Positions 22,567 to 33,072 of a DNA stretch of 64,000 nucleotides are shown in pieces. This stretch comes from Antedon mediterranea. Taxonomy: Eukaryota > Animalia > Echinodermata. The number at the start of each line of letters is the position of its first letter. Position 1 is the first letter of the stretch. The stretch spans positions 19,109,237 through 19,173,236 of the forward strand of contig NC_092672.1 of assembly GCF_964355755.1 (NCBI RefSeq), in the 5' to 3' direction. The translations under genes were made by a program, and so were the position numbers. Below the pieces are notes generated by a model that saw only the letters and a program-made list of their open reading frames with translations, did not search any database and was not told the origin of the DNA.

Positions 22567-25500
22567 GTTGGTTTACTGTGTGTGTGTGTGAAAAGGACTT
22601 AATTCTGAGGTTGGTTTACTGTGTGTGTGTGTGTGAAAAGGACTTATTCCTGAGGTTGGTTTACTGTGTGTGTGTGTGTGAGAAAAGGACTTATTCCTCT
22701 TCAGATTTAGAAGTTTTTTTTGACTGATTTAAAATTTATAACAGTTTAATTTAATTGATGCGACGTCATTATTAGTTATTTGTTTACTTGGTATTTTGGA
22801 TGTGGACTACAAGGTTCAACTGTACTTTTGCACCTCAATCTCTTGAGCTTATTAAACAAAATTTAGAAACATTCACCCGCTGCCCAGTGATTTCAAGAGG
22901 TGCGAAAGTATAGTTAGTAGTGCAAACTACAGTAAAAATAAAAAATTTCAATTACTGTGACTGTACTTAAAGATAAAGCCAGTACTGTATCAATGAAAAT
23001 AATGGATCATTTTAAATTCATATAGATTACGAAAAGAAATGATGAAATCAGAAAGCTGAAATCAGATCTACACCAAATAGAGAAATTCTCCGAGGAGCAT
23101 ATTAGGAGAACCAAACTGGAAGCTGAAAAGCAACAGCAAGCTGATCTGAAGAACTCTGAAGGCAAACAGACCAAGCTAACTGGTGAACTACAAGGTTTGA
23201 AGACTCAGTTAACGAATCTGACAGCTGAACATCGCAAGAGTGAACTTGCACTACGAAAGGTAATGCATATGATATACTGTAAAAATAATGAATTTTTATG
23301 ACTGCAATGGTACAAATAAAAAAGGTAACGAGGCCATATACATGGCTGCAAGCGCGTGCTCAAGTTAGTGTGTACGGATCGACCAACCGACATACTGTAG
23401 TGAGCTGTAGAGTCGCGTTACACGCCACTAAAGGTAGAACAAATTTTTATCTGATTTTTTCAATTTTACAAACATAAAACATTCATTATTTGTTTATAAT
23501 ACAACTGCTTTTAACAAGAGGCAAACACTTAAACCATTAAAAAAGGCAGCACTTCAATTTTGGCCACATAGTAGAACAATAGACGGCGCGCACTAAAGGT
23601 TGTTTGAACATGATCAGTCAACGACAGCATACAGGTTAGCCTTATGATGTGTGTATGGTTGAACATGATCAGTCAACGACAGCATACAGGTTAGCCTTAT
23701 GATGTGTGCATGGTTGAACATGATCAGTCAACGACAGCATACAGGTTAGCCTTATGATGTGTGTATGGTTGAACATGATCAGTCAACGACAGCATACAGG
23801 TTAGCCTTATGATGTGTGTATGGTTGAACATGATCAGTCAACGACAGCATACAGGTTAGCCTTATGATGTGTGCATGGTTGAACATGATCAGTCAACAAC
23901 AGCATACAGGTTAGCCTTATGATGTGTGTATGGTTGAACATGATCAGTCAACGACAGCATACAGGTTAGCCTTATGATGTGTGTATGGTTGAACATGATC
24001 AGTCAACGACAGCATACAGGTTAGCTTTATGATGTGTGTATGGTTGAACATGATCAGTCAACGACAGCATACAGGTTAGCCTTATGATGTGTGTATGGTT
24101 GAACATGATCAGTCAACGACAGCATACAGGTTAGCCTTATGATGTGTGTATGGTTGAACATGATCAGTCAACGACAGCATACAGGTTAGCCTTATGATGT
24201 GTGTATGGTTGAACATGATCAGTCAATGACAGCATACAGGTTAGCCTTATGATGTGTGCATGGTTGCTTACTGTGTAACAAAAATGAACACGCAAACTGC
24301 AATACTCGCATGATGACATTGCACTCTCGATAAGGTAATTAAGAGAGAGGAGAATAATAGAACATTTATTGAATATCACATGACCCACAATCCTCCAATC
24401 AAATAACAAGAATCTACTTGGGTATGTTATAAAACAATATGACCTTAACATGCACTTGATTGCTCTATGATTCCAATGTAGATGCATCATGATTATAATA
24501 ATCCTCCGCTGCAGCTTTACAGACCAGTTGACATTGTCAATGTCAGTGACTACTGTTTGAGAATTTGTCATAGACTCGGAAGCTATCAGAACACTGTTAC
24601 ACTGATTGGTTGGTAACACTGATCACAATGTTCTATTGTTATTTAGTGTACAACCTACTGTATGCACAACAACAATCTGCTTTCATTCATATTTTTAAAC
24701 CTCTGCCTTTATTTGACGCAGAGTTCTCGCAACCGATAAGTTTAGTTTGCAGTGTTTTTATTTTTGAGTGATGGTGTTTTTTTTTCTATAAACTGTGAGT
24801 TAACTGTGAGTTATCTAAAAATAACTCTTGTGTTTATGTTGTATTTTCACAAAATTGTAATTTAAATCACACATTTCTATATTATTACAGAGAAAATATA
24901 AAATTGAAACTGAAGTTGAGAATTGGATTCAAAAATATGATCAAGATATGGGAGAGAGACAGGTGAGTTAGGATGAAACAACTTTCTTTTACCAGCAGTT
25001 TTTAAAATAGTGTAGCTATTAGTCTTAAAATCCCTTATGGTTGTGTTCACATGCACTGGAGTTAAAGCCTGTTTTCCTGTTGATGTAACGTTACGGCGAG
25101 TTGCGTTGAATTGACAGGATTCAACGATTTTACAGGAAAAGGGGGTAAAAATCAATGTTAATACCATCATCACTCACAACTGACCAATCAAATGGTCAAT
25201 TTACATCATTGCAGTTTGTGAAAAAATAGGCACGCACTGAAAACTTTTACAAAGCAACGATGCAAGGTCTGATATTTCAAAACAACATGTATAAGTCAAA
25301 TTATAATATTAAAACAATTTAATTTAATGTTTGTCTTTCGTGTAAGTCTAGATTAAGATATCAGCGAAAGCATGTCCTGGCTTGGTTGAAGCATCAAAGT
25401 TCAGAACTTTTCCAATTTTCATGCGGACCCAGCTGCACGTGGCCGGCCTTGGTTTTGCAACATTTCTTGTTTGTGTGTCCCAACAACGCTCGGGAGAACC

Positions 25501-28188
25501 AAGAAACTTTACACAATCACGTAAATATGTGTAAATATTAGCGGTCCAACGTTATTTGATTTTCAACTTAAAGCAACTCGCTGTAACGTTGCGTCGACAG
25601 GAAAACAGGCTTAAATACTGTTTGTGATATGTTTAATATGCATAATAACTTTTAGACCAAAAAAATCCTGCTCCCAGCCACCTAAAAATGTGTGCTCATT
25701 CTGTAAACAAATTAAAATTGCAATAATCAATTAAAAAAAAAACCTTGATCAGTTTCAAGGTGACCTTATGAAATAATTACCAAAGCTGATAAATATTTGG
25801 GAGCTTTCAATTTTCGACGACATAGGTTAAATAAATTGATGTGTCGTCAGTAGTTTCCTGGACCTAAACCATCAAAACGGTGTCGAGAAGTGTAGTGACG
25901 AAACGCGTCACTATATTCCCGCATGCGCACAGTGGATTAACATGACTTTGGTCGTCACAATATTCCTGCATGCACACAGTGGATTAACATGACTTTGGTC
26001 GTCACAATATTCCTGCATGCGCACAGTGGATTAACATGACTTTGGTCGTCACAATATTCCTGCATGCGCACAGTTGATTAACATGACTCTGGTCGTCACA
26101 ATATTCCTGTATGCTCACAGAAGATTAACATGACTCTGGTTGTCACAATATTCCTGCATGCGCACAGTGGATTAACATGACTTTGGTCGTCACAATATTC
26201 CTGCATGCGCACAGTTGATTAACATGACTCTGGTCGTCACAATATTCCTGCATGCGCACAGTTGATTAACATGACTCTGGTCGTCACAATATTCCTGCAT
26301 GCGCACAGTGGATTAACATGACTTTGGTCGTCACAATATTCCTGCATGCGCACAGTTGATTAACATGACTCTGGTCGTCACAATATTCCTGTATGCTCAC
26401 AGAAGATTAACATGACTCTGGTCGTCACAATATTCCTGCATGCGCACAGTTGATTAACATGACTCTGGTCGTCACAATATTCCTGCATGCGCACAGTTGA
26501 TTAACATGACTCTGGTCGTCACAATATTCCTGCATGCACACAGTGGATTAACATGACTTTGGTCGTCACAATATTCCTGCATGCGCACAGTGGATTAACA
26601 TGACTTTGGTCGTCACAATATTCCTGCATGCGCACAGTTGATTAACATGACTCTGGTCGTCACAATATTCCTGTATGCTCACAGAAGATTAACATGACTC
26701 TGGTCGTCACAATATTCCTGCATGCGCACAGTTGATTAACATGACTCTGGTCGTCACAATATTCCTGCATGCGCACAGTTGATTAACATGACTCTGGTCG
26801 TCACAATATTCCTGCATGCACACAGTGGATTAACATGACTTTGGTCGTCACAATATTCCTGCATGCGCACAGTGGATTAACATGACTTTGGTCGTCACAA
26901 TATTCCTGCATGCGCACAGTTGATTAACATGACTCTGGTCGTCACAATATTCCTGTATGCTCACAGTAGATTAACATATATGTTTCTCTTGTCCGTCCCC
27001 ATCTTGAATACTGTAGTGTTGTGTCTAATTCGTTTTCGTCTGTTCATAGTACCCGTCTTCAAAGAGTCCAAGATCGTTTTGTTCGTTTTGTGTATTCTAC
27101 TTGTCACTGTCCTCCTTTGTCTGTCTCTCTTCCTTCGCTTGTCTCTCGTCGTTCTATGTTCGATCTTCAGTTTTTGTATAAATGTATGAATTCCCGTTTC
27201 AATTGTAATTTTATCTCCTTGTTTTCCTTTCATGTTAAAGCTGTTGGTTGTCGTACTCGTAATTTCAAATGTAATCTTCTTTATGTGCCGTATTGTCGTG
27301 TTAATGTTACCAAGAATGGATTTATTTCACGTATTTGTCTTCTTTTTAATAATTGTGTTTTTAAAGATAATTCTATTGATCTCTTTTTTGACCGTTATAA
27401 TTGTTTTTGTAATAAAATTAGTAAAATTGTATAAATTTGTATTGCTAGATTTTAAGATTTATATATATTTTTATATGGTATAGTTTATTCCATTCTGTAA
27501 GGGGCGGGTTTCCCGCTGTTGAATGAGTTTGAATAAAATAAAATAAATAAATAAAACATGACTCTGGTCGTCACAATATTCCTGCATGCGCACAGTAGAT
27601 TAACATGACTCTGGTCGTCACAATATTCCTGCATGCTCACAGTAGATTAACATGACTCTGGTCGTCACAATATTCCTGCATGCGCACAGTAGATTAACAT
27701 GACTCTGGTCGTCACAATATTCCTGCATGCTCACAGTAGATTAACATGACTCTGGTCGTCACAATATTTTCGCATGCTCACAGTGGATTAACATGACTCT
27801 TGTCGTCACAATATTCCTGCATGCTCACAGTGGATTAACATGACTCTGGTTGTTACAAATTGAAAGCTCCTTAATCCTGATATTTTTTAATTTGTTATTT
27901 TTTTAGGATGAATATGAAGACGTAGATGCTGTTTATACAGAAGAAAAATCGCAACTGAATGAACTTGAAGAGAGATTCAAAACACTTGAGGCAGAATACA
28001 ACACAATTGTAGAGGAGCGACGAATTTCAAAAGAGAAAAAAGAACGAGAGGAACGAGAGCTGTCTTTGATGATCAAAGCAGCAACTGTTGTACAAGCTTT
28101 CTGGAGATCATACAAATGCAGAAAAGCCCTTAAAGCAAAGAACAAAAAGAAAGGAAAAAAGGGGAAAAAGAAAAGCGGAAAGAAATAA
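21679..28188 (+). CDS. IQCD: Dynein regulatory complex protein 10 / IQ domain-containing protein D, ~491 aa, 4 coding exons
   Basis: Exons 21679-22566, 23026-23259, 24891-24962 and 27907-28188, all phase 0 with GT-AG. Signatures: KKLTTVESQRVLASLDE, EKLLTTP, RKYKIETEVENWIQKYDQDMGERQ, IQ motif AATVVQAFWRSYKCRK and a Lys-rich tail. Confidence 0.95.
22561..22697 (+). repeat. Triple tandem repeat (~43-47 bp) of the IQCD exon 1 splice donor with a (TG)n tract
   Basis: CTGAGGTTGGTTTAC(TG)n..AAAAGGACTTA three times; GT at 22567, 22610 and 22655. Confidence 0.9.
23026..23259 (+). CDS. IQCD: IQCD coding exon 2 (coiled coil, ITKRNDEIRKLK...ELALRK)
   Basis: TATAG acceptor, AAG|GTAATG donor, 234 nt open frame. 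Confidence 0.92.
23326..23432 (+). mobile_element. Possible short Helentron/HINE-like remnant
   Basis: Ends with an imperfect palindrome TAGAGTCGCGTTACACGCCACTAAA preceded by a GACC/AACC microsatellite remnant; family assignment from memory only. Confidence 0.3.
23606..24265. repeat. 55-bp minisatellite, 12 near-identical copies, IQCD intron 2
   Basis: Unit GAACATGATCAGTCAACGACAGCATACAGGTTAGCCTTATGATGTGTGTATGGTT. Confidence 0.97.
24891..24962 (+). CDS. IQCD: IQCD coding exon 3 (RKYKIETEVENWIQKYDQDMGERQ)
   Basis: TTACAG acceptor, CAG|GTGAGT donor, 72 nt. Confidence 0.93.
25066..25611. mobile_element. PIF/Harbinger-type MITE
   Basis: ~45-bp imperfect TIR AGCCTGTTTTCCTGT...ACAGGAAAACAGGCT; TAA flanks. 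Confidence 0.85.
25906..27857. repeat. 47-bp minisatellite (~29 copies) interrupted by a LINE fragment
   Basis: Unit CACAATATTCCTGCATGCGCACAGT(G/T)GATTAACATGACT(T/C)TGGTCGT; ~23 copies left and ~6 right of the insertion. Confidence 0.97.
26978..27554 (+). mobile_element. 5'-truncated non-LTR retrotransposon (CR1/Jockey-like) 3' end
   Basis: Encodes YVSLVRPHLEYCSVV...RLQRVQDRFVR...SLVSRR (post-RT LINE motif); (TAAA)n tail; AACAT duplicated at 26973-26977 and 27555-27559. Confidence 0.88.
27907..28188 (+). CDS. IQCD: IQCD last coding exon with IQ motif
   Basis: TTTTAG acceptor, open frame to TAA at 28186-28188. Confidence 0.93.
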   Translation, partial: DEYEDVDAVYTEEKSQLNELEERFKTLEAEYNTIVEERRISKEKKEREERELSLMIKAATVVQAFWRSYKCRKALKAKNKKKGKKGKKKSGKK

Positions 28189-28604
28189 CTTGTGCTTATC
28201 ATAAGTTACAAATGTATAAATCAAAGTACATGTACATACCAGATCAATATACATTATTGTTTATTATTTCATGATTTTCAAAAATGTTTGTAATTGTATA
28301 ATTATTTTGCATAAAGAGTACTGTATCAGCAATCTGAATTTTCATGTTCAAATTTGTGGAGAATTTTATTAGGAAATGATGAATAATTATTGATCCATAT
28401 TTCATCCAGTAGTGAGCCTTGCTTGTAATCTGAAGGATATCACTAATTTTCGTATACTGATACTTCCTTTTGATAGATTAATAGTTTTGTTGTTAAATAT
28501 TTCTTGGATGTTGTCATGATATTAAAGAGAAAAGCATCTTGCTGTTATTATTAACCACTACCCTCTTTAACGTTTTCATTGGTGGAAGCTGTATACGCGC
28601 GTAC

Positions 28605-28675
28605 GTTGCGTTGGGAACCTATTAGCAAACGCTCGCGTAGACATGACGTCGCTGGCAACACGTTGTCTATGTTAC
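28605..28675 (+). promoter_or_regulatory. Cluster of RFX X-box-like motifs with a CRE-like site at the 5' end of the ANKRD61-like gene
   Basis: GTTGCGTTGGGAAC (28605-28618), TGACGTC (28644), GTCGCTGGCAAC (28648-28659) and GTTGTCTATGTTAC (28662-28675) in a locally CpG-rich patch. Confidence 0.55.
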
Positions 28676-30127
28676 CGACTACTCATCTGCAACAAGAACA
28701 ACGATGTTCCATCTTCAACGGCAAAAGATACGAACATTACAAAATCCTCTGATAAAATGGCATTTCAACGATTCGATGGTGTCGGTCAAAAAATACAAGT
28801 AAACGAGAAAATAATAGAACAGCCGAACTTTAAATTGTCTTCAATTGAACATCTTCGCATTGCTATAATCAAAGGTGAGTTTGAACAATGCAAGCACATT
28901 CTTGAAAACCACCGGAAAATAAATATCAATGAACATCAACTTGGCGGAATTGCTGATCCGGCACAGAAGATCAGTCAATATGAAGAATGTTTTGGACCTT
29001 CTGGATTTCATTCACCAACAGCAGAAAGTGTTCGTGAAAGTTCAGCTCTTCATGTTGCTGTTGTCTACCGTCGTCCAAAGATCATAAAGCTACTCCTTCA
29101 GGAAGGTGCAGATCCAAATGCATTGGATAAACATAAAAGAACACCTTTGCATTTAGCTGTTCTCTATTGGCCACGAGGACTTATATCATACGACAGTATA
29201 CCTGAGGATTGCTCTCCGGATATGTTAAATTACGTGGAGTATTTGAGACTTATAGACCGTCGCTGTTGTGTAACTGTTGAACACCTATGTTTACATGGTG
29301 CAAATTTTGATACCAAAGTTGATGGAAAGTACACGCCATTACACTGGGCTTGTAAGTACAACGTGCCTAATGCCATCAGAACATTACAGAGATGCGGTGC
29401 AGACTTAGAGTACCGAATTGATGACGAAGATGGACAGACACCTCTTCTTGTAGCAGCTCAAAATGGCAGCCTTGCCGCCATTGAAGCACTCATAGAGTGT
29501 AATGCAAATTTAATGGCAAAGTCGTCTAAAGGATGGACAGCACTTCACTACATCTGCCACTTCTCGTTTAGTCACAAGGAAAATATAGTCGGGTTACTTC
29601 TTGAGTTTGGACTAGATCCAAACGCTAAGGATATTTATCAAAGGACAGCTTTGCATTTTGCAGCAGAAAAAGGACTTAATTTTACTACGGAACTGTTACT
29701 GCAATTTGGTGGTGACGTCATGATTAAAGACTGTTATGGTGTTAGTCCATTTCAAGCGTTTCTTAACAATCCTTGTAATATACAAAAACCTACTTTACTC
29801 ATTGACTTAATGAATGACACATCACAATTTCACATTCACCAAGGGAACATTCCTCCTTTGCTGCAATCACCGATGCTGAAAGCACTTAAAACAATCCTGT
29901 TAAAAGAGTCGCAAGAACCAGCTTCTTTACAGCGTCTATGTAGATGTGTCATTCGTCGTAATATACGTCCTATGCCAATTCACAGAGAAAGTTTTACAGA
30001 CTGGTTACCACTACCCCGGTACCTTGAAGACTGCATCCACTCAGACCTGCATATATTGACAGTTCCATGGGCTGAATCAAGTAGAATTGCATTTAATATA
30101 TTATTTAAAAATTCTCACGATATGTAG
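28643..30127 (+). CDS. ANKRD61: Ankyrin-repeat + SOCS-box protein, ANKRD61-like, uninterrupted ORF (true start may be the ATG at 28757)
   Basis: 494-aa ORF with several ankyrin repeats (TPLH, GADPN, GWTALH) and a C-terminal SOCS/BC box PASLQRLCRCVIR...LPLP. Segments LHLAVLYWP, LCLHGA and SPFQAFLNNPCNIQ...QGNIP...KESQEPASLQ parallel ANKRD61 as recalled. AATAAA at 30161. Confidence 0.82.
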   Translation: MTSLATRCLCYRLLICNKNNDVPSSTAKDTNITKSSDKMAFQRFDGVGQKIQVNEKIIEQPNFKLSSIEHLRIAIIKGEFEQCKHILENHRKININEHQLGGIADPAQKISQYEECFGPSGFHSPTAESVRESSALHVAVVYRRPKIIKLLLQEGADPNALDKHKRTPLHLAVLYWPRGLISYDSIPEDCSPDMLNYVEYLRLIDRRCCVTVEHLCLHGANFDTKVDGKYTPLHWACKYNVPNAIRTLQRCGADLEYRIDDEDGQTPLLVAAQNGSLAAIEALIECNANLMAKSSKGWTALHYICHFSFSHKENIVGLLLEFGLDPNAKDIYQRTALHFAAEKGLNFTTELLLQFGGDVMIKDCYGVSPFQAFLNNPCNIQKPTLLIDLMNDTSQFHIHQGNIPPLLQSPMLKALKTILLKESQEPASLQRLCRCVIRRNIRPMPIHRESFTDWLPLPRYLEDCIHSDLHILTVPWAESSRIAFNILFKNSHDM

Positions 30128-32760
30128 GTAAAGTAGTATCGAAACTATATTTTTTTTGCTAATAAACCATTTTCCCTATGTACGTTAATCTGTGTTTTAA
30201 GATGTTGTTCTTTGTTTTATTTTAACCAGTCTCTTGTCCATTTTAAAAATCATATGCTCGGACGGACATGTTCTTTTTTAAAAATGTTTTATCTAAATAA
30301 ATTAATAATAATAATATAGGCCTACACGTATTCTATAAACATTATGAAAATCATTTTAGGTTGGGGATAGCTTTCTTAGTTCCTTATAAAAAGGACACGA
30401 AATAAAATGGGTTTCGTCGTCCACCCAACAGGAATAATCACAATAAAACACATTATAATAATATTCACATTTAGAATCCATACAGTACTTTATCTTGCGA
30501 TAACCAAACATTTACGGCTTGGTAAATGAATTATTCTTACGAAACTATAATTGAAACGTAACTTCAAGCACACAAAAGAAATTGCTTTGAAATAACATGG
30601 AAACAAATATTTCTCCATGGAAATACTAAACGAGAAATGGATAGAACTTGTAAGAATAGGCTGTATACTCCAAACACATGCAAAATTCCAAAAATATAAG
30701 TAATAAACAATTAATTTTTATTTTTATCATTACTGTAAATAATCATTGTATATATTTTATAATTTATATTTATATTGGTCTTGTTTTTTTTGTTTGTAAA
30801 AATCTTCTGTAATATTATACCTTATTGTGGTTACCATTATAACAAATGTACGATTGATTGAATAAAGTTCACATATAAAAAAAAAAAAACCTTATCGAAT
30901 CAACATAAATGTACCCTATGGAATCACGTAGTGTGCGCCTGTTATGCCTTTTTTTGTTGTTGGAGGGGAGAGGGTGTAAAATTCATTTTTATCTTCTTTT
31001 TACCGACGAATATTGCTGATTTCGTGGATGGAGAGGAGAACTAACAAGTACCGTACAGTACGTACTGGATAAACTGGAAGGCTTTGCAAGGTAAACGATC
31101 ACGAGAAGGGCAAAACAGAAATTTCGTCAACATGACTCTTGTGGAAAGGCCTTGTACAACAATAGCACGATAAGTATCGATTATAACTAGAAATTATGCA
31201 TTTTTCTTACGTAAAACAAAAGATACAATGATTTTATTGTTCTTACTGATCGTGACGTCAATTATTGATTGGATTAAAAAAACAAAATATTTTTTCGAAG
31301 ACAACATAAATGGTTATCCTATAGGCCTAATAGAATAAAAATGTTCTTTTGTATTTTGTAAAATCTCGTTCTGTCAAAACTGTCAGTTTTTTTAGCAGTT
31401 TTTTGTTTTTTCTATTCAAATAACTTGTGTGTAGTATGAATACCCAAATTTGTTCTAAACTTCCTGTCATTGTTTATGCCATGTGTTCTGATCTTGACTC
31501 TGCCGTTCCTCAAACCAACATGCTTGAAACTTATAACGCCCTCAAATGAATGTCAAAAATATAGACTACTGAAGAGCCTCGGTTATACTAAATAAAATAA
31601 TATTGCGAGGGACGTGTAGACAAGTCCTATGTAAGCTCTGAAGTAGCAGATTTTTTTTGGTAAGCATTATGGGTAGTGTCCATGAAAACGGTCTTTGAAT
31701 GATATGTGATATTATTAAGCATCATGTGCTGGACGCTCATCGGAAGTAACGCGTCCGTATACTTTCATGTTTGACGTAAATTTAGACCTAGTGCCGTCTG
31801 AACATAACTACTGTCTTTCCATATGAAACGTTAAACACGTAGGCATTTTGTTTCTTATAACACATGACCAAACATGATTTAACACTATAATGACTACGGT
31901 ATTCATTATAATTAACTAGTATCTCTATTATCTCTAAAATCAAATGAGAACAAAAACTGCCTACTTATCCACTAAAATCGATTAATAAATGATCATTATT
32001 ATATTTATATGTAACCATAAAGAAAATTAAATGTAGTAGGAATAGCAATTCACTTAAATTCTACTGAAATGCATCACTGTTTTTATTATTATTACAGTCA
32101 TATATTGTCTTAGTCAATTGTCTACGTTTCTGTTTTCTAAGAGAACCTAAGAAAAAATACCGAGAAAAATGTCTAACCTGCCTCCCACTAACCAAACTAA
32201 ATCTACAGTACCTTTTTGATTATTTCAAACATAGTTTTGCAGTTTATAAAATTTTCTTTTAATAATAAAAAAAATAATCAAAAATGCTATTCTTGCCAAT
32301 GTGCACTCCACTTACATTAAATCATCCGTAACAATTAAGTGAAATGGTTTAGTATGGTCGTACAAAAACAAGTGTAAAGATATTTTCAATTTTCATTCGG
32401 TTGAATTTATTGAAACGATGACGAATTCCTAAAAAATGCACGTTGATGGGGAACTATGAGCCGAATAAGATGAATCAGCGTTAAGTTAGGTACACCCCAT
32501 TGGTTAAAAGAGCTTTTACACGCCCTGTTGGCAAATCGTTTATGACAGCAGGAATTATGCTCACTTGCTCCTATTTCTTGTACTAAAGTAGCTATCCAAT
32601 CCAATCTTATCATTATCAAGATTTTGACAGTGGACATCCTCTATATGGTCTAGCATGCCTAACTACGTTGTAAACATAACAATATATCAGCGATCTATTT
32701 TGCTATGCTCCAGGTTGTATCTGATATAGGCCTATCTCCAAACGTACTTTTTAAGTCATT

Positions 32761-33072
32761 TGAATTGAATTGAAATATTTTATTTATACTGAGCGACCTC
32801 TTCAGTCAAAGACTGGTCTCCCAGAGGGCCCAGTTATGATCAGTGGCTGTGATGTAATAATAGACCGGGGTAGCCCCTATTCGTCTCGAAAGATGTACTA
32901 GGTTTTTAAAGTGCACACGAGCTAGCTGTGTACACTGGACATAGGTTTATAGTTCTTATCCAAGAAGACTCGTTCTACCACCAGAACAATGGAGTAAGTG
33001 AGCCTCGAACCCCTGCCGATGTTATGGCTACGTAATTACGGTTCCACTGTCTAACCGCTCGGCCACTCACTC
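32761..33072 (-). mobile_element. tRNA-derived SINE, probably Deu/Nin-core superfamily
   Basis: Minus strand: A-box TGGCCGAGCGG, B-box GGTTCGAGGC, body GTCTTCTTGGATAAGAACTATAAACC...GAATAGGGGCTACCCCGGT, and a (TTCAA)n tail. Confidence 0.8.

Larger units (their letters stand above)
25800..27870. mobile_element. MITE expanded by an internal minisatellite
   Basis: 14-bp inverted termini GGAGCTTTCAATTT (25800) and AAATTGAAAGCTCC (27870) enclose the whole 47-bp array; TSD imperfect. Confidence 0.7.

Noticed and set aside
23606-24265. CRISPR-like array
   Set aside because: Units are contiguous and near-identical with no unique spacers; eukaryotic intron, no cas genes.
24164-24619. 151-aa minus-strand ORF
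   Set aside because: Non-ATG start, runs into the minisatellite, no recognisable motif, inside an IQCD intron.
26920-27483. Several ORFs as host genes
   Set aside because: Alternative frames of the LINE fragment; only the frame of 27021..27434 is LINE ORF2-derived.
25906-27857. CRISPR-like array
   Set aside because: Head-to-tail 47-bp monomers without spacers; the single interruption is a LINE fragment.
27933-28202. Minus-strand 89-aa Phe/Ser-rich ORF
   Set aside because: Antisense shadow of the Lys/Glu-rich last IQCD exon.
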